From Chloroflexota bacterium (lineage in GTDB: Bacteria > Chloroflexota > Limnocylindria > Limnocylindrales > CSP1-4), in assembly GCA_003158675.1 (NCBI GenBank), contig PMKN01000064.1, positions 1 through 58,884 of the forward strand: a DNA stretch of 58,884 nucleotides. Reading direction: 5' to 3'. Below are positions 8,614 to 18,411 of the stretch, piece by piece (within the stretch, counting starts at the first letter, position 1; the number at the start of each line of letters is the position of its first letter). Under the pieces are notes generated by a model. It saw nothing but the letters and a program-made list of their open reading frames with translations, did no database searches and was not told the DNA's origin. Made by a program: the position numbers and the translations under genes.

Positions 8614-9078
8614 TTAGCGGGCAGCAGCCGGGAGACTCCGGTTCGTTGCCCGTCGCGCCGTTCTGGCGGTCAGAGCGAGTCCGGCCAGCAGAAGGGCGAG
8701 CGCGCCAGGCAGCAGCAGAGGAAACCACCACCCTGGCACCTTTGGCCAGGCCAACGGTCCACCGTAGTAGGCGGATTGAAACGGCAACGTCACGCTGCAT
8801 GGAGCCTCGCCTGGGATCAACAGGGAATCGCAGTTGACCGAAGTCGTCGCGAGCAGCCACGACCAGACGAGGCTATGCCCGACGATCGCACCGGCGACGC
8901 CCAATAGTCGAGGCCGTGCAAGAGCCAGCGCGAGCACCACGAGCAGCTCAGGGACGATCAGGTCCGGATCCACAACGAGTGTGGCATACCCACCCACCAA
9001 GCCGACCAAGGCGCCGGCGATCCACGAAGCTCCAGCCCGTCGCCACGAGCGACTGCGAACGCTGACCTCGCCAGTCAT
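8614..9078 (-). CDS. Hypothetical multi-pass membrane protein (cassette cargo)
   Basis: 154 aa, several hydrophobic segments, SD GAGGGA upstream of ATG, lies wholly between the inverted repeats. Confidence 0.65.
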   Translation of the reverse strand: MTGEVSVRSRSWRRAGASWIAGALVGLVGGYATLVVDPDLIVPELLVVLALALARPRLLGVAGAIVGHSLVWSWLLATTSVNCDSLLIPGEAPCSVTLPFQSAYYGGPLAWPKVPGWWFPLLLPGALALLLAGLALTARTARRATNRSLPAAAR

Positions 9079-9132
9079 CTCGGTCCCTCAAGATGAATTG
9101 CCGCCAGCAGCTTACGCTCTGGACGCCGCGAT

Positions 9133-9154
9133 TTCCCACGCAAATACAACAGGG
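9133..9154. repeat. Right arm of 22-bp perfect inverted repeat
   Basis: TTCCCACGCAAATACAACAGGG, reverse complement of 8576-8597. Confidence 0.95.
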
Positions 9155-9407
9155 AACCCTACCAAGAACCTGACCCGGCTAGGACGCCCTGATCACGTCG
9201 CGTAGCGGCGGTGGCCACCTGGCCTGGACGCCGTCGCCGCGGCCCGATTTCGCCATTTGCCAACCGGGCTAGATCCAGACCAGCTTGCGGTCATCGGGAG
9301 AGGCAGGTTGGCTCGTCGGCCGGCTCGCGGTTCCTTTGCGAGCGTGGGCGGCCAGAACCCGGCGGCCGGGGCCGACGGAGAGCTTCGTGGGCAGGCATCA
9401 TTCGCCG

Positions 9408-10034
9408 GTGACACCGCCGCTCGCCAACGACCGCGTGCGCATTCGCCCGGCGACCGCCTCGGATCAGGCCACTCTGGTCGAGTTCCGTCTCGCCATGTTT
9501 GCCGACATGCGCAACTGCGAGCCAGGCGCGAAGACGGCGCTACTCGCCGACCTGGAGGCCTTGCGCGCGTCCAACCTGCGATGGATGGCCGAGCATTTTG
9601 GGCGCGACTTCATCGCCTGGGTTGTGGACCTGGATGGCCGGACGGTGGCCAGCGCCGGCCTGCTGTGGTTCGCCCATCCGCCAGGGCCTCGCAACCCGGG
9701 AGGCCGGGAGGCCTACATCCTCAACGTCTACACGAGGCCGGAAGCGCGCCGCATGGGACTGGCCCGAGCGCTCATGGAACGGGTGGTCGAGGAGGCCCGC
9801 GCCGCGGATGTGCGCCGGATCTGGCTTCGAGCCAGCGCCGACGGTCGGCCGCTCTACGAGGCGATCGGCTTCGCTGTGGGCAACTACCTCGAGCTCACCT
9901 GCGACTGGCGAGCCGCCCGCGGCAACCCCGACCCACCCAACCGGCTACGCCGCAGGCGACCTGCGGCCACAGACTCACGGCCGGCGACCCGGGTCGGCTC
10001 GGCAACCGGTAATGGCTCCTTGCGGCTACCCTGA
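9408..10034 (+). CDS. GNAT N-acetyltransferase (start uncertain, GTG 9408 chosen)
   Basis: VRIRPAT, YILNVYTRPEARRMGLARALM, RPLYEAIGF. Confidence 0.8.
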   Translation: MTPPLANDRVRIRPATASDQATLVEFRLAMFADMRNCEPGAKTALLADLEALRASNLRWMAEHFGRDFIAWVVDLDGRTVASAGLLWFAHPPGPRNPGGREAYILNVYTRPEARRMGLARALMERVVEEARAADVRRIWLRASADGRPLYEAIGFAVGNYLELTCDWRAARGNPDPPNRLRRRRPAATDSRPATRVGSATGNGSLRLP

Positions 10035-10039
10035 GCGCG

Positions 10040-10831
10040 ATGGCAGCCAAAGTCCGGGTTCTAGGGTTCCCGATCACGGTGGGTTGGGCGTTTCCGGCGT
10101 TCTTGACGTTCCTCGGGTACATCTCCGATCTGACGGGCATCGAGCTGGTCGTCTGGGTCATCTTCGGGACCTTCGCCATCCTGGTCCACGAGCTCGGGCA
10201 TGCCCTGGCTTTCAGGCGCTACGGGCTGGAATCGTCGATCGCGTTCTGGGGGCTCGGTGGCGTCACGATCCCCGACGATCAGCTGGGCGCGGCCAGGTTG
10301 CCCGATCGAGATTGGCTGGTCGTGTCGCTGGCGGGACCCGGAGTGGGCCTCGTTCTCGGCGCAATCGGGCTGGTGGTTGAGCACGTGGTGGCGGGTCAGG
10401 GCCCCGAGATTCGTTCGGCTGCCAGCACCTGGACCTTCGTCAATCTGGGCTGGGGCGTCTTCAACCTGCTCCCGATCAGCGGGCTCGACGGCGGCAGCGC
10501 GGTGGTACACCTGCTGCGGCTCGCCTTCGGGCGGCGAGGCCAGTTGCTCGCTCTGGCGGCGAGCATCGCGTTCAGTGCTGCGGTGGCCGCCCTGGCCTTC
10601 GCCAATCGCTACACCTTCGTGGCTCTGATGGCGGTCCTCTTCGGCCTGGCAAATCCTTACCAGTATCGAGCCCTATTCGACGGTCTCTTCCCCGGACGGG
10701 CAATACGCCGCAGGCAGCGCGAGGTGGAGCTCGACGCCGAACTGCAGCGGCGACGGGCGCTGAACGAGGCGGACGAGGTGCCGGCCTCCAGCCTGCTCGG
10801 CGGACGGCGGGATTTGCCGCCGCAAGCGTGA
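10040..10831 (+). CDS. Site-2 protease family (M50) membrane metalloprotease
   Basis: HELGH zinc motif, SLAGP, FNLLPISGLDGG. Confidence 0.88.
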   Translation: MAAKVRVLGFPITVGWAFPAFLTFLGYISDLTGIELVVWVIFGTFAILVHELGHALAFRRYGLESSIAFWGLGGVTIPDDQLGAARLPDRDWLVVSLAGPGVGLVLGAIGLVVEHVVAGQGPEIRSAASTWTFVNLGWGVFNLLPISGLDGGSAVVHLLRLAFGRRGQLLALAASIAFSAAVAALAFANRYTFVALMAVLFGLANPYQYRALFDGLFPGRAIRRRQREVELDAELQRRRALNEADEVPASSLLGGRRDLPPQA

Positions 10832-10843
10832 TCGCTCTCCCAG

Positions 10844-12469
10844 TCAGCCACCCACGCGCGGGTGGGCGACGAAGAAGTCGGCGATCAACCGGGAGGCGTC
10901 GAAGTCGTCCGGGTTGGACGGCGTGGGGGACGAAGATCGAACGGGCCAGCCGTGCCAACCGCCGGTTACCACGCGCATGGAAACGGTGCTCCCGGCCCCG
11001 CAAGCCCAGCTCGTCGTGGTCGATGCGCCGTCGACCGTAACCGCCTGGTTCGCGGCGCAGGCGTTCAGGTCGCGCCAGCGCTCGATCACATCCGCCATCG
11101 GCGAGAAGAGGATGTCCGTCCTGCCGCCCGCGATCGGGATGACGCCGTCGGCGGTGCCGTGGATGGCAAGCACCGAGACGGGCCGGGCCAGGGTGCACGG
11201 CACGTCCGCGCCGCCGTCGGCGGTGGCCATATTGCCCGAAACGGGCGCGATGGCCGCGACGCGCCCGGACAGCTCGCAGCCGAGCCGGTACGTCATCATC
11301 GCCCCGCGCGAGAGGCCGGTCACGTAGACGCGATCCGGATCCACCGCGTCGCTCGCCTCGAGCCGGTCGATCGTGGCCGAGATGAAGGCGACGTCGTCCG
11401 CGCCGGGGTGCTGGCCCCAGGCCGGCCCGCTGCCGAAGGCGTCCCAGCCGTCGGCGACGCCATCGGGATAGATCGCGATCCAACCGAGCCGGTCGGCTTC
11501 GGTGTCGAAGCCGGTCATCGATTCCATGGTGAAGCCGTCGCCGTAGACACCGTGCAGGATGAAGACGAGACCGGGCCCGGCGGCAACCCGGGAGGGTCTG
11601 TAGACACGGTAGGTCCGGTCGATAGCCCCGACGCGAATCGTGTCCACATGCGTTCGGCCGGTCAGCTGGGCGGCAATGACCGGGGCTTGATCCCTCAAGA
11701 ACTGCGCCGACATGTTCACCAGGCCGAGGATCGCCAACGCCGCGAAGGCGATCGCGGCTTTGCGGCCCGGGCGCGGGATCGGTCGCAGGAGCGAGTCCGC
11801 CCCGAGGCGGGGCTCAAGGGCGTCCTTCACCCGGCCCGGAACGCCGAGCAGCCACAGGCCGGCAAGCGCACTCCATACCGCCGCGAGCGCTTCGACCGGT
11901 TCGATCGCCCAGAGTTGGGGCTGGAGCGCGCTCTCTCGCAGGCTCCAGATCGTCCAATCGGTGGCGGTCCACATCATTGCCACCGCCAGCGCTGCCGACA
12001 GCCAGGCGAATGCCCGGGACCGGCCACCGATAGCCACGCCTGCGAGGACCAGCGCCGCCGGCAGGCCTACGAGCACGGCGAGCGCTGCCACGCCGCGGGC
12101 CTGGCTCACCGCGTACAGATGCGCATCCGGTGCGAAGACGGCAACGCCGTTTCTCCCGGCGCCCGCCACGACCCCTGCGGCAAACGCCAGCCACGCAACG
12201 CGCCGGCGTTCGGCCATGAGCAGCGCCCCACCCAGGGCGTACAGCTGCAGCGCGACCAGGGTGACGCAGACGGGCACCAGGACCGCGAACCAGCGTGAGT
12301 CTGCGGCGCCGAACAGGCGCTCGGGCCGGGAGACCAGGGAATGGCTCAGCTGGCCCTGCCAGATCTCGAGACCTGCCGCCACTGCCCAGACAACCGGGAC
12401 GAAGAGGCCGGCGATGCCGGCGCCTCGAACGAATCGCGGGTGTTGCTGACGGGTCTCGATCGCAGACAC
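10844..12469 (-). CDS. Membrane protein fused to PHB-depolymerase/LpqC-like alpha/beta esterase
   Basis: About 6-7 N-terminal TM segments then LHGVYG, GLSRG nucleophile, HGTADG, GGWHGWP; SD GGAGG before GTG. Confidence 0.8.
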   Translation of the reverse strand: MSAIETRQQHPRFVRGAGIAGLFVPVVWAVAAGLEIWQGQLSHSLVSRPERLFGAADSRWFAVLVPVCVTLVALQLYALGGALLMAERRRVAWLAFAAGVVAGAGRNGVAVFAPDAHLYAVSQARGVAALAVLVGLPAALVLAGVAIGGRSRAFAWLSAALAVAMMWTATDWTIWSLRESALQPQLWAIEPVEALAAVWSALAGLWLLGVPGRVKDALEPRLGADSLLRPIPRPGRKAAIAFAALAILGLVNMSAQFLRDQAPVIAAQLTGRTHVDTIRVGAIDRTYRVYRPSRVAAGPGLVFILHGVYGDGFTMESMTGFDTEADRLGWIAIYPDGVADGWDAFGSGPAWGQHPGADDVAFISATIDRLEASDAVDPDRVYVTGLSRGAMMTYRLGCELSGRVAAIAPVSGNMATADGGADVPCTLARPVSVLAIHGTADGVIPIAGGRTDILFSPMADVIERWRDLNACAANQAVTVDGASTTTSWACGAGSTVSMRVVTGGWHGWPVRSSSPTPSNPDDFDASRLIADFFVAHPRVGG

Positions 12470-12702
12470 GACGGACCTCCGCTGCGTGTTCTGTCTCCGC
12501 TACGCTATGCGCCTCCCTCAGCCCGGCATTGTGAGACCTCGCGCGGTGCGCCGTTCGGGCGACGGTCCGGCAGCCGCGTTTCGGGGCTCCCCAAGCGAGT
12601 CGATCGACCGTACGATTGCCGAGCGCTTCATCGGAGGCGCCAGTCAACCGCCGACTGGTGGAGACACGGCCGCAAGGCGATCAGGAAGAGGACCGTCCGC
12701 GA

Positions 12703-13581
12703 ATGAGCTCCCTCCCTCCAGACGCGTCCGACACGTCCCAGTCCGACGCCGAAGACGGCAGCACCGACTCGACGGAATTCCCGCGCTGGGCCGCACCCGC
12801 GGTGCCACCGCCGTGGACGGGTATGGGGGAAGCGGCGAAGGTACCGACATTTGGCGTGAGTGACATCCGGGCCGAAGTCGAACCTGCGGCGGCTCCGGCA
12901 CAGCCCGAACCGGCCGCAACTCCGGCGCAGCCGACCGCCGTCGAAATCCCGCCTGGTCAGGCGCCCTACGGCCAGGCGCCCAACGGTCAGGCGCCCTGGG
13001 CCGCGATGGCCGGCCCGGCAGAAGACCGCCAGCCTTCCCTCGACCGGCGCAGGTTGATGCCCACAGTCGCGGTCGCGTGCATCGTTGCGGCCGTGGTCCT
13101 GGGCGGTCTTGGGCTGGACAAGGTCCTCGCCGCCCCGAGCGCAGGCAAAGTCGCAGTTGGCAACCATGTGACCATCGTCGCGGCGCCCGGCTGGGTTCGC
13201 GCCGACGAAGGGGGCGCTAACGGCAGCGCCGGCGTGACCCTTCAGCAGGCCAACGCCCAACTTTCTGTCCAGGCTCTCTCGTACGGCGGATCGGCCAGCG
13301 CTGCCCTCAGCGACCTTGAGAGCTCCGTCTCGTCGGAGGCCGACCAGGTCTCCTTCGGCGACGAGCAGGACGGGACGATCTCCGGGCGCAAAGTGGCGAT
13401 GGCCGGCTTCGAGGCGGTGGTGTCGGGTTCTTCGAGTTCGGGCACCGTCGACGGCGAGCTCATCTGCATGATTGCGAGCGGCAACGCCGTGGTCTTCGAA
13501 GTGGTGGCGGCACAGGGCGACCTCGGCACCGTTGTGGACGATGTCAAAGCAATGGTCTCCAGCGTTGAGGTGGGTCAATGA
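12703..13581 (+). CDS. Hypothetical bitopic membrane protein (Pro/Ala-rich N-terminus, TM, extracytoplasmic domain)
   Basis: ATGA-overlap with prsW-like gene; single TM LMPTVAVACIVAAVVLGGLGL. Confidence 0.65.
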   Translation: MSSLPPDASDTSQSDAEDGSTDSTEFPRWAAPAVPPPWTGMGEAAKVPTFGVSDIRAEVEPAAAPAQPEPAATPAQPTAVEIPPGQAPYGQAPNGQAPWAAMAGPAEDRQPSLDRRRLMPTVAVACIVAAVVLGGLGLDKVLAAPSAGKVAVGNHVTIVAAPGWVRADEGGANGSAGVTLQQANAQLSVQALSYGGSASAALSDLESSVSSEADQVSFGDEQDGTISGRKVAMAGFEAVVSGSSSSGTVDGELICMIASGNAVVFEVVAAQGDLGTVVDDVKAMVSSVEVGQ

Positions 13582-15140
13582 GCGCTGCAGTCGCCGCGCC
13601 TGCCTCCACCGACCCGGTCGCTCCGCCCCCACGCTGGGGCGTCCAGGCTTCTCTGATCCAGCCCCGACAGCCGGCCTTCTGGCTGTTCCTGGTCCTGCTC
13701 GGCATTGGCGGCTACCTGTTCTTGGACGAGCAGTCGACGATGAGCCAGCTGCCCACTGCCCTGACCATGTCGTGGGCTCTTGTCCTGATATATGCCGTGC
13801 CGGTCGCCTTGATCGTGTACCGCCTCGATCTGTTCGAACGGGAGCCGAAGCTGATGCTGGCGGCCGCCCTCCTGTGGGGTGGCGTGATCGCTACCAGCCT
13901 TGCGGCCCAGGCCAACGGTGCCTGGCTCTCGATCATGGGCAAGACCTTGCCGCTCGATGTGACGGCCAACTGGGGGCCGGCGATCGTTGGCCCGGGCGTC
14001 GAGGAGACGCTCAAGCTCATGGGGGTCATCACCCTGTTCCTCATCGTTCCCGATGAGTTCGATGGCGTCATGGACGGTTTCGTCTACGGCGCCATGGTCG
14101 GTCTGGGCTTCACGGTGGTCGAGGACGTCTCCTACTTCATCACCGCCTCCGCCGCTTTCGGTGGCGGAGACGCCACGGGCCCGGTCGTCGACACTTTCCT
14201 GATCCGCGTCGTCGCGGGCGGGATGTACAGCCACGTACTCTTCACCGCCGTCACCGGCATGGGATTCGCCTACTTCGTCACGCAGCGCAAAGCGGGGTTC
14301 AGCCGGCGGGTACTGGGTTTCGCGGCCTGCGTCGTTGCAGGCGTATCCGCTCATGTGGTGTGGAACTCGCCCTGGATGCAGTCGTTCCTGGCAACCACGA
14401 GCGGGCGGCCTAGCACGCTGCAGTGGATCGAATACGGCCTGGTCAAAGGCATGCCGTTCTTCGTGCTGCTCGTGGTCCTCGTGGTCCTGGCAACCCGAAG
14501 CGAGGAGAAGAACTTTCGGTCAATCGTGGCCGGCGAGCCAGATCCGCAGGTCATCACGGAGCCCGAGATCACGTCGCTGGGAAGCCTCCTGTCCAGGAGG
14601 TCGGCTCGAACGGCCGCGGGACGACTGCGCGGCCCGATGGGCTCGCGCCTAACGGGACAGCTCCAGGCGGCCCAGATCGACTACGCCATAATCCGCAGCC
14701 GAGTTGGCACGTCGATCGATCCGGCCATGGATGCGCAACGACTCAAGATCCGCGGCATCCGCAGCCAGCTCGAGGCGCTGCCGTTGGTGGCCGCCCCGAT
14801 GGGGAGTTCCTTGCCATATGCGGTGACCGTGCCGTATGGAGCGACGGGCACGGCGGTCGCAGTCGCAAGTGCCGCCGAAACCCTGCCCGAGCCGGTGGCC
14901 GCGGCCGTACCGGTGGCCGCGCCGCAGGAAGTCCCTCCAGCGTGGGTCCCGACCCACCTCGTGCCCCCAAGCGGAATGGCCGCATGGGACGCTCCCGACC
15001 CGTCGCGGCCGCCCATGGTCAACCTGCCGGAGCGCCTGGAGTTGATGGTGGAATCGCGTGCCGGGGCGTGGGCGCTGGTTCGGGCGATCAACGGCTGGCG
15101 GGGTTGGGTGGACGGACGTCGGCTGGTGGATCGCGGCTGA
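13578..15140 (+). CDS. PrsW-family intramembrane glutamic protease with C-terminal SH3-like tail
   Basis: EETLK, GLGFTVVED, HVLFT, HVVWN motifs; tail WVPTHLVP...GAWALVRAINGWRGWVDGRRL. Confidence 0.85.
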   Translation: MSAAVAAPASTDPVAPPPRWGVQASLIQPRQPAFWLFLVLLGIGGYLFLDEQSTMSQLPTALTMSWALVLIYAVPVALIVYRLDLFEREPKLMLAAALLWGGVIATSLAAQANGAWLSIMGKTLPLDVTANWGPAIVGPGVEETLKLMGVITLFLIVPDEFDGVMDGFVYGAMVGLGFTVVEDVSYFITASAAFGGGDATGPVVDTFLIRVVAGGMYSHVLFTAVTGMGFAYFVTQRKAGFSRRVLGFAACVVAGVSAHVVWNSPWMQSFLATTSGRPSTLQWIEYGLVKGMPFFVLLVVLVVLATRSEEKNFRSIVAGEPDPQVITEPEITSLGSLLSRRSARTAAGRLRGPMGSRLTGQLQAAQIDYAIIRSRVGTSIDPAMDAQRLKIRGIRSQLEALPLVAAPMGSSLPYAVTVPYGATGTAVAVASAAETLPEPVAAAVPVAAPQEVPPAWVPTHLVPPSGMAAWDAPDPSRPPMVNLPERLELMVESRAGAWALVRAINGWRGWVDGRRLVDRG

Positions 15141-15158
15141 TCGCCGCAGGAGGGATCG

Positions 15159-17099
15159 ATGGGATTGTTCGGACCGCCCGAAATCGCCAAGCTCGAGGCC
15201 AAGGCGGACATCAAGGGACTTCTCGACGCGCTCGGCTACAAGAAGGACGCCGGCGTAAGGGCACAGGCGGCGACCTCGCTGGCGAGCCTGTGCATCCGCG
15301 TCCTCGACAACTCCCGGCAGCGAGTCGACGCGTCGGCCGTCTTCGACTGGCAAGCTTCTGACAACTGGAACAAGGCCATCGAGGCCGTCTCGGCGGTTGC
15401 CACCGTGCTTTCCTCCGCCCTTGCCGACCCCGAGCCCGAGGTCCGCCGCTCCGTGGCTTCCGCGCTTGGACGGATTGGCGTCCCGGTGAGCGTTCCCGCA
15501 CTGGCGGTCTTCATGGCCGACCCTGACCCCAGTGTCCGGCGGGCGATCGTGGATGCCCTGACGGCAATCCCAGACACGCGCGCCAACCCGCTTCTTGTCG
15601 CCTACTGGATCCCAGAACTCAGTTCGCCGAGCATCACCACTCGCCTCCAGGCGGCGCGGGCACTCGGCAAGCTGGGCGATCCCGCTGCCGTCACCGCTCT
15701 GGCGGCAAGCCTGAACGATCCGGACCACGACGTCTGCACCGCTGTAGCCTCGGCCCTGGGTCAGATCGGCGATCCCGCCGCGATCGAACCTCTGAGTGCG
15801 GGATTCGCTTCCTCGATCGCCGGCATCCGGCTGAGCGTCGCGCTGGCGCTGAGCAGCATCGGTGGCGAAGCAGTCCGGCCGCCTCTGCTGGCCGCTCTCT
15901 CGGACCCTGACGCTTCCGTTCGCCGAGCTGCAGCCGAAGGGCTCGACAAAGCCGGCTGGGTGCCCGCGGCGGACGAGGTGGCCGCTGCCTACTGGGCCGC
16001 CAGGGGCGACTGGTCCAAGTGCGGCGAAGTCGGTCCGCCGGCCGTGGAGACGCTACTCGCAGCTCTCGACACCGGGCCAAAGGAAGCGCGGCAGTCCGTG
16101 TCGGTGGCGCTGGGCAAGATTCGCGATGCCCGAGCCGTGGAGCCGCTCATCGCTGTGCTGGGCAACCCCGATGGCGCGGGCCATGAAGGGGCGGCCCTCG
16201 CTCTCGGCGAGATAGGGGATCCGCGTGCGGTGGAGCCGCTCATTCACGCTCTCAAGCACCCCATCCCGCGAGTGCGTGACGCGGCCGCGGCGTCACTCGG
16301 CAGGATCGGCGACCTGCGCGCCGTGGAACCGCTCGTGACCGTGGGCCGTTTCTGGGATCACAAGATCGCACCGGCCGAGCGGGCAGCTTTGATCGCGATC
16401 GGGCCGACCGCCACGGATCAGTTGGTAGCTTGTCTCAGCCAGCCCGACGACGATGTCCGCAAAGCCGCGGCCGATGGGCTGGACGGGCTGGCATGGTCTC
16501 CGGGCGCGGATGCCAGCGGAGCTGCCTACTGGGCGGCGAGGTGGCGCTGGGATAAGTGCGTCGAGATCGGCGCGGCGGCGGCGGATGCGCTGGCCCTGGC
16601 GATGTCGGTTCTGCCCGCCAGGCAGAGCCTCCCAGCGGCCGAAGCCCTGGACGGCATCGGCTGGAAGCCCGACAACGGCCAGGCCGGAGGCGCCTATTGG
16701 GCAGCGAAGGAGAACTGGGACGGGTGCGTCGAGATCGGCGCGCCCGCGGTTGACGTCCTGATCCCGCTGCTCGGCGCAGCGGGCTGCCGCGACTCCGTTG
16801 CGACAGCCCTGGGCAAGATTGGGGACGCCCGTGCCATGGAGCCTCTGATCGGGCTTCTCACAAACTCCGAGTGGGAGACACGCCTGGCCGCGGCCAACGG
16901 CCTGGTCCGCCTGTACCGGGCGGGCAACCTGACCGATGCGCAAAAGGTCCGGATCCTGGACCAGCGGCCGACGATGGTCGCTCCGCGGACGCAGGACAAT
17001 CCGCCTCACGACGACTGGTCGAGTTCGAGCGACTGCAGCCATCGCGACACGGGCGGCTCGCACGTCGACGTGGGCATTGGGGTCGATTTCCCCGTCTAG
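15159..17099 (+). CDS. HEAT/PBS-lyase repeat protein
   Basis: Many ALGxIGDxRAVEPL and VRxAAAxxL repeats; SD AGGAGG. Confidence 0.88.
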   Translation: MGLFGPPEIAKLEAKADIKGLLDALGYKKDAGVRAQAATSLASLCIRVLDNSRQRVDASAVFDWQASDNWNKAIEAVSAVATVLSSALADPEPEVRRSVASALGRIGVPVSVPALAVFMADPDPSVRRAIVDALTAIPDTRANPLLVAYWIPELSSPSITTRLQAARALGKLGDPAAVTALAASLNDPDHDVCTAVASALGQIGDPAAIEPLSAGFASSIAGIRLSVALALSSIGGEAVRPPLLAALSDPDASVRRAAAEGLDKAGWVPAADEVAAAYWAARGDWSKCGEVGPPAVETLLAALDTGPKEARQSVSVALGKIRDARAVEPLIAVLGNPDGAGHEGAALALGEIGDPRAVEPLIHALKHPIPRVRDAAAASLGRIGDLRAVEPLVTVGRFWDHKIAPAERAALIAIGPTATDQLVACLSQPDDDVRKAAADGLDGLAWSPGADASGAAYWAARWRWDKCVEIGAAAADALALAMSVLPARQSLPAAEALDGIGWKPDNGQAGGAYWAAKENWDGCVEIGAPAVDVLIPLLGAAGCRDSVATALGKIGDARAMEPLIGLLTNSEWETRLAAANGLVRLYRAGNLTDAQKVRILDQRPTMVAPRTQDNPPHDDWSSSSDCSHRDTGGSHVDVGIGVDFPV

Positions 17100-17161
17100 A
17101 CGGAACTGGCAGCCTCTCAATCGGCGCCGGCAGGCCGCGCCGTGCCCTAGCGCCCGATTCC

Positions 17162-18409
17162 TCAGGGCTCCGTGACGCGAGGCGCCGGTGCTGACAACCC
17201 GGCGATGACGCGCATCGTCTCCCGAGCGATCATCCTCTCCTCGTTCGTCGGGATGAGCAGCACACGGACGCGGCTCGCCGGGGTGGCGAGATTCACGGCG
17301 TGTCCTCGTTCGGTTTCGTTCTTCTTCGCGTCCAGTTCCACGCCGAGGAACCCGAGCCCGCGGCAGACGCGCTCTCGGACGACCGGGCTGTTCTCGCCGA
17401 TGCCCGCCGTGAAGACGATCGCGTCCAGGCCGCCCATCGCCGCCGCGTAGGCGCCGACGTACTTGCGAATTCGATAACAGAAGACCGCCAGAGCGAGTTC
17501 GGACCGGGCGTGGCCCTTCGCCGCCGCTTCTTCGACGTCGCGCATGTCGCTCGACAGTCCGGACAGGCCCTGCAGGCCGCTCTCCTTGTTGATGATCCTG
17601 TCGATGTCCGAGACCGAGGCCTCCAGACGCCGCGCCAGGTACACGAGGATGGCCGGGTCCAAGTCGCCCGAACGCGTGCCCATGACCAGCCCCTCGACCG
17701 GTGTCAACCCCATGCTCGTGTCTACCACTCGACCGCCCTTGACGGCGGCCATGCTGCAGCCGTTGCCGAGATGGGTGGTGACGATCCGCGACGCTTCCCG
17801 CTCGATCCCATCCTTGGCGAGCATCTCTAGAGCGATGCCGGTCACGTACTGGTGGGAGGTGCCATGGAACCCGTATCGCCGCACGCCGAAAGCGGTGTAG
17901 TAGTCGTACGGAAGCGCGTACATGTAGGCGTAGTCGGGGATCGTGGCGTGGAATGCCGTGTCGAATACTGCCACTTGCGGAATGCCCGGCATGAGCCGCA
18001 GGCAGGCTCGGATGCCGTCGAGGTTGGGCGGATTGTGGAGTGGCGCGAGCTGGCTCATCTTCTCGACTCCGGCGAGGACCTCATCGGTGATGAGCGTGGG
18101 TTGGACGAACTTCTCGCCCCCATGGACGACCCGGTGGCCGATCGCGACGATCTCCTCGACTCGCTGTACGACGCCCTTGGAGGGGTCGGTGAGGAGCGCG
18201 AACACTCGGGTCATCGCCTCGTCGTGGCAGTCCATCTCCGCGTCGAAGACGACCTTCCCGTCGCGCTTCGTCTCCTGGATGATCCGGCCCTGTCGCTGGG
18301 CCACGCCGACGCACTCGGCCAGGCCCTTGGCGACGACCTCCTCCGTCTCTGCGTCGATGAGCTGGTACTTGAGCGAGGAGCTGCCGCTGTTGAGGACGAG
18401 GATCTTCAT
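17162..18409 (-). CDS. ackA: Acetate kinase
   Basis: MKILVLNSGSSSLKYQL, GHRVVHGG, APLHNP, YGFHGTSH, HLGNG, DAIVFTAGIGEN, IPTNEE. Confidence 0.96.
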   Translation of the reverse strand: MKILVLNSGSSSLKYQLIDAETEEVVAKGLAECVGVAQRQGRIIQETKRDGKVVFDAEMDCHDEAMTRVFALLTDPSKGVVQRVEEIVAIGHRVVHGGEKFVQPTLITDEVLAGVEKMSQLAPLHNPPNLDGIRACLRLMPGIPQVAVFDTAFHATIPDYAYMYALPYDYYTAFGVRRYGFHGTSHQYVTGIALEMLAKDGIEREASRIVTTHLGNGCSMAAVKGGRVVDTSMGLTPVEGLVMGTRSGDLDPAILVYLARRLEASVSDIDRIINKESGLQGLSGLSSDMRDVEEAAAKGHARSELALAVFCYRIRKYVGAYAAAMGGLDAIVFTAGIGENSPVVRERVCRGLGFLGVELDAKKNETERGHAVNLATPASRVRVLLIPTNEERMIARETMRVIAGLSAPAPRVTEP

Positions 18410-18411
18410 CG

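Larger units (their letters stand above)
8566..9165. mobile_element. Putative non-autonomous tRNA-integrated mini-cassette (attL/attR-like 9-bp direct repeat, internal 22-bp inverted repeats)
   Basis: CCCTACCAA at 8566-8574 (tRNA 3' end) and 9157-9165; perfect IR 8576-8597 / 9133-9154; one cargo gene, no recombinase. Confidence 0.7.

Noticed and set aside
223-8907. Long alternative ORFs such as 223-876 (+), the 5' part of 3156-5537 (-) and 6910-8907 (+), and similar ones throughout
   Set aside because: Arg/Pro/Gly-rich shadow frames overlapping motif-bearing genes; expected at this GC content.
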